Source of the DNA: Candidatus Iainarchaeum sp.
Lineage (GTDB): Archaea; Iainarchaeota; Iainarchaeia; Iainarchaeales; CSSED10-239
Reading direction: 5' to 3'
DNA length: 10,148 nucleotides
Assembly (NCBI GenBank): GCA_028700905.1
Contig: JAQVRT010000026.1
Span: 1-10,148, forward strand
Within the stretch, counting starts at the first letter, position 1, and the number at the start of each line of letters is the position of its first letter. Below the pieces are notes generated by a model. The model had not been told where the DNA came from, searched no databases, and saw nothing but the letters and a program-made list of their open reading frames with translations. The position numbers were made by a program, and so were the translations under genes. Positions 1-5,830 of the stretch are shown here, one piece after another.

Positions 1-1
1 T

Positions 2-400
2 GGTCAAGCAAAAGGTACATATACAACTTTCCATTCTCAAAGTGCTAATGAAGCTTTATTAAGGTTTAAGTCATATGGTGTTTTAGAAACTGATTTAGGT
101 GTAATTGATTTAATTATAACTCAAAGAAGATATAATAAATATTTAAAAGGTAAATCTATTGATTTAAGAAATATTACTGAAATCTGTGAAGTTATATATA
201 AAGATGGAAAAATTTCTTTAAATGTTTTATTTTATTTTGATATTTATAAAAATAAATTAATTAAAGTTAATGATTCTATAAAAATCTTTGAAAAATTAAA
301 ATTTGCATTTGATATTAAAAATAAAAAAGATTATCTTAAGATTTATAAAAAACAAGAAAAAATAATTGATGAATTGTTACTTAAAAAAGATTATGATTGA
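2..400 (+). CDS. Type II/IV secretion-family ATPase (archaeal FlaI/TadA/VirB11-like pilus-assembly ATPase), C-terminal 132 codons; 5' end lies outside the window
   Basis: Absent from the supplied track because it has no start in the window. Frame 2 is open from nt 2 to TGA 398-400. Hand translation: GQAKGTYTTFHSQSANEALLRFKSYGVLETDLGVIDLIITQRRYNKYLKGKSIDLRNITEICEVIYKDGKISLNVLFYFD... The G..G..TTFHS.SA.EALLR stretch resembles the His-box region of secretion NTPases. The stop overlaps the start region of the first of two T2SSF-like membrane protein genes. Confidence 0.55.
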   Translation, partial: GQAKGTYTTFHSQSANEALLRFKSYGVLETDLGVIDLIITQRRYNKYLKGKSIDLRNITEICEVIYKDGKISLNVLFYFDIYKNKLIKVNDSIKIFEKLKFAFDIKNKKDYLKIYKKQEKIIDELLLKKDYD

Positions 401-1139
401 TTATATTTTTTTAAAGAAAGAAATTTTTACAAGAAAGAACTTTTTGTTATTTATTATTCTCTATTTAGTAATTTTAATTATTTTTTTATTAATTGATTCA
501 GTGGTTATTAGTTTATCTTATAGTTATTTATTTAATTTATTTATAATGTTTTTCTTTATGTTCTTTTTTATTATTTTTTTTAAATACAAGATTAAGCTTC
601 AAAATCATCAAAGACAAATAAATAAAGAAATTCCTTTCTTTTTAAATAACCTTGCAAACGATTTAGATAAGAATATTTCTTTAAAAATTGCTTTAGAAAA
701 TAGAGTTGATTCTTCTTTAATAGGTCAAATTATTAAAAAAGTTTTATATAAAGTAGATGTCTTAGGTTATTCTCTTTCTGAATCTTTTATTTCTGTTGGT
801 GTTGAAAATTCTGATTTAAAGAGAGTTTTTTATCAGATTGAAGATGTTTTGTCAACTGGTTCTTTAAATAAATCTGAATCTTTAAGAACATTATCTTCAA
901 GTATTATTGAAAAACAAAATTATTTAATTAAAAACTATTCCACTAAATTAAGTCTTTTATCTTTAATCTATATTGTTGTTTCTGCAATTGTTCCTGCTTT
1001 GTTTTTAATGTTTTTATTAGTTGGGAGTAATTTTTTAGAATTATCGTTTACTCCTTTATCTGTTATTTTTATAATTGTTATTTTATTTCCAATAATTGAT
1101 ATGTTTATATTTTTAACAATGAAGGCAAATCTTCCATAA
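366..1139 (+). CDS. T2SSF-domain polytopic membrane protein (TadB-like half of a type IV filament platform)
   Basis: ORF track. It has N-terminal hydrophobic helices, a soluble helical domain with the T2SSF-like motif EIPFFLNNLANDLDKNISLKIALEN, and then two C-terminal TM helices. The track start at 366 is TTG. ATG 369 or ATG 393 (ATGATTGA overlap with the ATPase stop at 398-400) are equally plausible starts. Confidence 0.6.
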   Translation: MMNCYLKKIMIDYIFLKKEIFTRKNFLLFIILYLVILIIFLLIDSVVISLSYSYLFNLFIMFFFMFFFIIFFKYKIKLQNHQRQINKEIPFFLNNLANDLDKNISLKIALENRVDSSLIGQIIKKVLYKVDVLGYSLSESFISVGVENSDLKRVFYQIEDVLSTGSLNKSESLRTLSSSIIEKQNYLIKNYSTKLSLLSLIYIVVSAIVPALFLMFLLVGSNFLELSFTPLSVIFIIVILFPIIDMFIFLTMKANLP

Positions 1140-1161
1140 ATAAAAATGAGAGTAAATAATT

Positions 1162-1866
1162 ATGAAATTAATGAAGTATGTAAATTACTTATTTGGAGAT
1201 TATTTTTTTAGTATTAAGAGAAAGAAATTTGAAGATGCTTTAATAGATGAAGTTTTAAGAATCTCTGGGTTTGTTAAAACAAATGATCTAAAGGTTATTT
1301 TAGTAAAGCTTGCATCTTCCAGTAATCAATTAATTTCTTCTGAATTTAAATTAATTTTAAATAAAATAAACAAAGGGCATACCCCAAAAGAAGTGTTTAA
1401 TATTTTAAAAAATAAATATAATTCTTCTTTTCTTTCAAATTTTTTAGATCTTTTAGAATATTCTGTTTTTACTGGAACAGTAACTTCTAAAGATTATAAA
1501 AACTTAGTTAAAGATTTTTTAAAATCAAGAGAATTGTTTGATGAAAGAACTTCAATTCTTTTAATGCAAAAATATACTATTCTTTTTGCAGGAGGTTTTA
1601 TTGTTCCTGGGATTTTAGGGGTTGTAATTTCTTTGGTTAAAAGTTTAACTGGAATTGTTGATATTTCAGTTGTGGGTTTAACTTCTAATTCTAGTTTGTT
1701 TATTGTAAGTTATTATTGTGCAATTGTTTATTTAGTTGAATATGTTATAATTTCTTCAATTTATTTATCACAGATTGATAGTAATTCAAAGAAAGTTTGG
1801 ATTTATTTATGTTTTTTACTTCCAGTAAGTCTTTTAATCTTTTTTGTATCTAGTTATATAGTTTAG
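1162..1866 (+). CDS. Second T2SSF-like membrane protein (TadC-like half of the platform)
   Basis: ORF track. The N-terminal soluble helical domain of about 135 aa (EFKLILNKINKGHTPKEVFNIL resembles the G-x-s/t-x-x-E-A/V motif of T2SSF domains) is followed by three TM helices. It lies 22 nt after the previous gene on the same strand. Confidence 0.5.
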   Translation: MKLMKYVNYLFGDYFFSIKRKKFEDALIDEVLRISGFVKTNDLKVILVKLASSSNQLISSEFKLILNKINKGHTPKEVFNILKNKYNSSFLSNFLDLLEYSVFTGTVTSKDYKNLVKDFLKSRELFDERTSILLMQKYTILFAGGFIVPGILGVVISLVKSLTGIVDISVVGLTSNSSLFIVSYYCAIVYLVEYVIISSIYLSQIDSNSKKVWIYLCFLLPVSLLIFFVSSYIV

Positions 1867-1896
1867 ATATCTTAAAAAGAAGAATTAAGAAAGCTT

Positions 1897-2499
1897 ATGT
1901 TTGAAGAATTGATTTTATTTTTGTCTGATTATTTAACTGGATTTGTTGGACATTTATTAGTTTTTTTATTAATGACTATTGAAAGTTCATTTATCCCTTT
2001 CCCTTCTGAGATTGTAATGGTTCCTGCAGGAACTTTTGCATATGTAGGTAATTTAAATATATTTCTTGTAATTCTTTTAGGAACTTTAGGTTCTGTTTTT
2101 GGTGCATTAATAAATTATTCTATAGGTTATTATTTAGGAAGGAGATATCTTTTAAGACACCAAAGAATATTTTTTATAAATGTTTCTCATTTAGAAAAAG
2201 CTGAGTTTTTTTTTAAAAAATATGGTAGTTCTGCAACTTTTTTTGCAAGGTTAATACCTGTTGTAAGACAGTATATTTCTATTCCGGCTGGGTTTTCTAA
2301 AATGCCTTTAAAAAACTTTATTCTTTATACTTTTTTAGGATCTTTTTTATGGGTTTCTTTTTTAACAATTCTTGGTTATAAGCTTGGAGAGGAAATTTCA
2401 AAATCAGTTTTAAATTATTTTAATGTTTTAATGATTGTTTTAGTTGGTTTAGTTGTGTTATCTATTGCTTTTTGGTATTTTTTAAAAAAGACAAAATAA
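1897..2499 (+). CDS. DedA/VTT (SNARE-associated) family membrane protein
   Basis: ORF track. DedA signatures are present: ESSFIPFPSEIVMVPAG near the N-terminus and FFARLIPVVRQYISIPAG in the middle. About 200 aa with 4-5 hydrophobic segments. Confidence 0.8.
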   Translation: MFEELILFLSDYLTGFVGHLLVFLLMTIESSFIPFPSEIVMVPAGTFAYVGNLNIFLVILLGTLGSVFGALINYSIGYYLGRRYLLRHQRIFFINVSHLEKAEFFFKKYGSSATFFARLIPVVRQYISIPAGFSKMPLKNFILYTFLGSFLWVSFLTILGYKLGEEISKSVLNYFNVLMIVLVGLVVLSIAFWYFLKKTK

Positions 2500-2595
2500 C
2501 CTGTGTTTTTTAGATGAAATTTTATAAGGAGATACAAATATAAATGTTTTTGTGCATTAATTTATTTATAGTTTAACTATTTAATTTAGTATAAA

Positions 2596-2603
2596 TTTAT
2601 AAT
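2596..2603 (+). promoter_or_regulatory. TATA-like box (tttataat) about 24 nt upstream of tRNA-Asp
   Basis: The position relative to the mature tRNA 5' end matches an archaeal TATA box, and a near-identical tttataag sits 26 nt upstream of tRNA-Ser. In DNA this AT-rich the match could be chance. Confidence 0.3.
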
Positions 2604-2619
2604 ATTTAAATAAAGTAAA

Positions 2620-2691
2620 GCCCCAGTAGTCTATCGGTTAGGATACGACCCTGTCAAGGTTGTGGGGCGGGTTCGACTCCCGCCTGGGGCG
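2620..2691 (+). tRNA. tRNA-Asp (anticodon GTC), 72 nt, no encoded CCA
   Basis: Folded by hand. Acceptor stem GCCCCAG (2620-2626) pairs with CTGGGGC (2684-2690), discriminator G2691. Anticodon stem CGACC/GGTTG with loop CTGTCAA (GTC at 2653-2655). T arm GCGGG-TTCGACT-CCCGC. D stem is 4 bp with two G.T pairs. Confidence 0.9.
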
Positions 2692-2802
2692 CTCTTTAAT
2701 CTTTTTTTAAAAATTTTCTTAATTTTTAACTATTTTTTATCAAAGTTTCGCAATGTTTCACCTAATCTATTTAAATAATAATGTTTATAATTATTTTGTA
2801 GT

Positions 2803-2859
2803 TTATAACTTAATGTAGCTTTAATTATTTTTAGAAAGCTTATTTTACATAAGTTATAA
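2803..2859. repeat. Imperfect 57-bp inverted repeat / hairpin upstream of the 515-aa secreted-protein gene
   Basis: ttataactt(a)atgta (2803-2817) is the reverse complement of tacataagttataa (2846-2859) apart from one bulged A. A nested arm pair agcttt (2817-2822) / aaagct (2835-2840) adds 6 bp. About 19 paired positions in total. The repeat ends 34 nt before ATG 2893. Confidence 0.35.
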
Positions 2860-2877
2860 TTTTTTTAAAAAATAGAA

Positions 2878-2883
2878 AGGTGG
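2878..2883 (+). promoter_or_regulatory. Shine-Dalgarno-like aggtgg, 9 nt before ATG 2893
   Basis: The same G/AGGTG-type element occurs with a 9-10 nt spacer at 8913-8917 (gene 8927), 9675-9680 (gene 9690) and 8747-8752 on the minus strand (gene 8736). Confidence 0.45.
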
Positions 2884-2892
2884 TAATAACAT

Positions 2893-4440
2893 ATGAATAT
2901 TTTAAAAAAAATAATTCCAGTTATTCTGTTAGCTTTTATATTTGTTGCTGGAACTTTAGCTCTTCCTTCAATAAATGCAGATAATATAACAGAAATGATT
3001 GTAATTGATGAAAATACCCCAAATCTTAATGTGAATGCAAATATTACTATAGATACAATTGATAATTCTCAAGGAAATATTGATGAAATCTGTCCTGCTG
3101 TTTGTGTGCCTATGTGGGTTATTTCTCCAAAAGTAATTGATTCTCAAATTGCAATTACTGATTCAGAAGTTTCTTCTCGTGCTGCAGTAAATTCTAATTC
3201 AGTTTCTGATAAAAAAGAAATAGAATATACTTGTGAATTTATAGAATGTGGAAGTGGTTGTGGAGTTGACAATATTAAATCTTTTGAAACTGAACAAGAA
3301 TGTAAGATTGGTATTGAAAAATTACTTGAAAATAATAAACCTCCAGTAACTGAAGATAAATTAGGTTTAAGTGTAAAGTTTACTCCTGTTGTAAATGATA
3401 ATTCTGGATTTATTTATGAAAATTCAAAAATACATGCAAGAGTAGTTTCTTCAAAAGAACTTTTAAAAGAAGAATATAATTTAGTTTTTAAAATGACTCC
3501 TTTATTTGATGTTTCAACTTCTGATAAAGTAGTTTACTTAATGGTAGATCGAGAAGGTGGGATTACAGTTCCAACAGAAAGAGATGATTCTAGTGTTTCT
3601 GTAAATAAATCTTCTGAAATTGATGTTTCAACTGTTAAAGCTGAAGTTTATACTCAAGTATCTTCTTCACAAAATTTAGAATCTATTAAAAATATTGAAA
3701 GAGTTAGAGCATCTGTTTCTGCTTCAAATCAAGTAAATAATTCTAATTCAGGATCAGTTTCAGCAAATACATCAGTTGCTAATAGAAATCAAGCAAATAG
3801 TGTTTTACCTGAAATGAGAAGAGTATACACTTATAATTATACAGTGTCTATTAAAGAAAATCTTGCTTTAATTGAAAAAGTATTTGGAAAAGAATTTAGA
3901 GATAATAAATATTCCATTGAAGTAAGTTTAATTAATAGAAGAATAGTTGATAGTCAAGATCCTCTTTACAAAACTATTGTTTCTGAAAAGTTTGTTGTAG
4001 CTTTTGCTCCAATTGATTCTCTTCCAGAACAAGCACAAGAACAATTACAAAATAAAATTATTGCTCAAGAACAAGTAAAGATATCTAATGTTTCAATTAA
4101 TGCTGAAGCTAAAAAAGACCTTAGAAAAGAGAAAGGTAAAGATGTTTTAATTGAGACTTTAGAAGACTATGAAGTGTTTGCAAATGAAAACATGACTGAA
4201 ATGTATGTTTCAAATAATGAAAAGGTTAGAAAAATAAAACCAATTAATAATGTTTTAATTGAAAATAATATTAAAACAGAAAATGTTATTGGAAATGTTG
4301 AACTTGTTTCTGTAGATAATAAACTTGAATATATTTTAAAAGTTAAAGAACAAAGAAAATTGTTTGGGTTTATTCCTTTTGGACATAGAGAAAAGTATGT
4401 TTCTTTAAATGCATCTGAAGATATAGAGATAACTGAATAG
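2893..4440 (+). CDS. Secreted hypothetical protein (signal peptide, N-terminal 6-Cys cluster, Ser/Asn/Val-rich low-complexity segments)
   Basis: ORF track. N-terminus MNILKKIIPVILLAFIFVAGTLALPSINA/DN looks like a cleavable signal peptide. SD at 2878-2883. A T-rich tract follows directly after the stop. No family recognised. The C-terminal LEYILKVKEQRKLFGFIPFG is only vaguely PepSY-like. Confidence 0.6.
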   Translation: MNILKKIIPVILLAFIFVAGTLALPSINADNITEMIVIDENTPNLNVNANITIDTIDNSQGNIDEICPAVCVPMWVISPKVIDSQIAITDSEVSSRAAVNSNSVSDKKEIEYTCEFIECGSGCGVDNIKSFETEQECKIGIEKLLENNKPPVTEDKLGLSVKFTPVVNDNSGFIYENSKIHARVVSSKELLKEEYNLVFKMTPLFDVSTSDKVVYLMVDREGGITVPTERDDSSVSVNKSSEIDVSTVKAEVYTQVSSSQNLESIKNIERVRASVSASNQVNNSNSGSVSANTSVANRNQANSVLPEMRRVYTYNYTVSIKENLALIEKVFGKEFRDNKYSIEVSLINRRIVDSQDPLYKTIVSEKFVVAFAPIDSLPEQAQEQLQNKIIAQEQVKISNVSINAEAKKDLRKEKGKDVLIETLEDYEVFANENMTEMYVSNNEKVRKIKPINNVLIENNIKTENVIGNVELVSVDNKLEYILKVKEQRKLFGFIPFGHREKYVSLNASEDIEITE

Positions 4441-4474
4441 TTATTTCTCTTTTTTTTCTTTTTTTTATTTTTTT
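4441..4474 (+). terminator. Oligo-T tract (archaeal-style terminator candidate) after the 515-aa gene
   Basis: ttatttctcttttttttcttttttttattttttt immediately follows the TAG stop. Confidence 0.35.
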
Positions 4475-4552
4475 AACTTTAAATATTTTTTAACTTAACC
4501 TCTTTTATAAGAATAAAAGCTTTTATAAATATTTAATATACTATATATTATT

Positions 4553-5485
4553 ATGAAATATTATAAGTTTCTTTCACTATTGTTTATATTTTTTATATCT
4601 TTTAATCTCTATGCATACAATATTGAAAAAATAGATACTTTAATAGTAATTAGAGAAGATGGTGTTTTACAAATTTCTGATAAGATTCTTTTTACAGAGG
4701 TTGTAAAGTCTGACCAAATAGTTCTCTCTATTGTTCCTGTTTATGATTTAAAAATAAAAAGTGATTATAAAGATCTTAACTATTCTTATTCTTTAGATAA
4801 TTTAACTATTAATGCATCTGATTGTTGTATTTTAGATAATACTCTTTCTCTTGAAATTATATATTTAACAGATGTTTTTTCTTACAAGAATGAAAATGTA
4901 TGGTCTATTAATTATATTCCAATATTTAGAGAGTATACAGATTCTTTTGTTTTAAGATTTCCTAAAAATACTGAAATTAATAATTTGTCTGTTGATTATA
5001 AGTTTGTTGAAATTGTAAATAACCACTTTGTTTTAAATATTAATGAAACAGTTTCAAAAGTAGATGTTAGTTATTCTATCAATCGTCCTGGCATTGAGGA
5101 AAATTCTTTTAATTGGAGTTTATTTTTTATAGTTTTCTTTGTATTTTTTATCTCTTCTTTTTTAATCAGAAGATATGTTTTTTTAAAAAAGAGTAAATCT
5201 TCTTCTTTCAAAAATACAGATAATAATTTGTCTAAAGAAAACTTTCTTTCTAAAGAAAATAAAGAAGATCTTCTTTTAGGACTTAATGAAAATGAGCAGA
5301 AAATAATTAAGATAATTCTTGAAAAAAACGGTATGTTGCAAAAGAATCTTTCAAAAGAATGTTTCCTTCCAAAAGGAACAGTTTCAAGAAATCTTAAAAA
5401 ACTTGAAAGTAAAGGGTATATTGAGATTAAAAGGTATGGTGTTAATAAGAAAGTTTTTTTAGGAGAAGTTTTTTTAAAAAAGTAA
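4553..5485 (+). CDS. Membrane-tethered transcriptional regulator: signal peptide + extracytoplasmic beta-rich domain + one TM helix + C-terminal winged helix-turn-helix (COG2512-like architecture)
   Basis: ORF track. Signal-like N-terminus MKYYKFLSLLFIFFISFNLYA. TM helix WSLFFIVFFVFFISSFLI (about nt 5114-5167) is followed by the positive cluster RRYVFLKKSK, consistent with a cytoplasmic C-terminus. C-terminal NENEQKIIKIILEKNGMLQKNLSKECFLPKGTVSRNLKKLESKGYIEIKRYGVNKKVFL (about nt 5279-5461) has the MarR/ArsR/TrmB-type wHTH pattern. There is no SD; a TATA-like ttttataaata lies about 25-30 nt upstream, so the mRNA may be leaderless. Confidence 0.65.
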   Translation: MKYYKFLSLLFIFFISFNLYAYNIEKIDTLIVIREDGVLQISDKILFTEVVKSDQIVLSIVPVYDLKIKSDYKDLNYSYSLDNLTINASDCCILDNTLSLEIIYLTDVFSYKNENVWSINYIPIFREYTDSFVLRFPKNTEINNLSVDYKFVEIVNNHFVLNINETVSKVDVSYSINRPGIEENSFNWSLFFIVFFVFFISSFLIRRYVFLKKSKSSSFKNTDNNLSKENFLSKENKEDLLLGLNENEQKIIKIILEKNGMLQKNLSKECFLPKGTVSRNLKKLESKGYIEIKRYGVNKKVFLGEVFLKK

Positions 5486-5531
5486 AAAAATACCTTTAAA
5501 TACTTTTAGAAGCATAAATATTTACTAATTG

Positions 5532-5539
5532 TTTATAAG
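5532..5539 (+). promoter_or_regulatory. TATA-like box (tttataag) 26 nt upstream of tRNA-Ser
   Basis: Same sequence class and spacing as the box upstream of tRNA-Asp. Confidence 0.3.
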
Positions 5540-5557
5540 AAGAATATAACAAATAGA

Positions 5558-5640
5558 GCAGAGGTGGCAGAGTGGTCAAACGCGCTAGCCTGCTAAGCTA
5601 GAGTCTCACGACTACACGGGTTCGAATCCCGTCCTCTGCG
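5558..5640 (+). tRNA. tRNA-Ser (anticodon GCT), type II with long variable arm, 83 nt, no encoded CCA
   Basis: Folded by hand. Acceptor stem GCAGAGG (5558-5564) pairs with CCTCTGC (5633-5639), discriminator G5640. Anticodon stem CTAGC/GCTAG with loop CTGCTAA (GCT at 5592-5594). Variable arm AGTC-TCAC-GACT. T arm ACGGG-TTCGAAT-CCCGT. The D stem is weak (G-C, C-G, then A.C). Confidence 0.9.
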
Positions 5641-5642
5641 CT
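5595..5642 (+). repeat. Left copy of a perfect 48-bp direct repeat (tRNA-Ser positions 37 to 3' end plus 2 nt); putative attL
   Basis: Compared base by base with 7990-8037: 48/48 identical. Flanking bases differ on both sides (T5594 vs A7989; T5643 vs A8038). Confidence 0.9.
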
Positions 5643-5830
5643 TTAACTGGTTTAAGTCAGGTTTAAAGTGCGATGCTTTTGTATCTTAAATATTTTTTTA
5701 AATTAAAATAAAACTAAATATGTTTTTCTTAAATATAATCAAATATTTATAATTATAAATAAATAGTAATTAATTTAAAGTTTATTATTATTTATAATAC
5801 TTATAAAGTATATTTATATTTAGGCTAGAG

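Noticed and set aside
366-400. TTG 366 start giving a 35-nt overlap with the ATPase gene
   Set aside because: The ORF-track start is simply the first possible start codon. ATG 369 or, more typically for coupled genes, ATG 393 (ATGATTGA overlap) are at least as likely. The longer overlap is not treated as a real feature.
2544-2576. Ten-codon ORF (MFLCINLFIV) preceded by a good aaggag (2526-2531), between dedA and tRNA-Asp
   Set aside because: It is too short and compositionally trivial to support. The SD-like spacer is 12 nt, against 9-10 nt for the confident genes. There is no way to test conservation here.
3580-3800. Ser/Asn/Val-rich stretches of the 515-aa protein as a true tandem repeat or contingency locus
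   Set aside because: No exact nucleotide periodicity is visible. It looks like low-complexity composition rather than repeated units.
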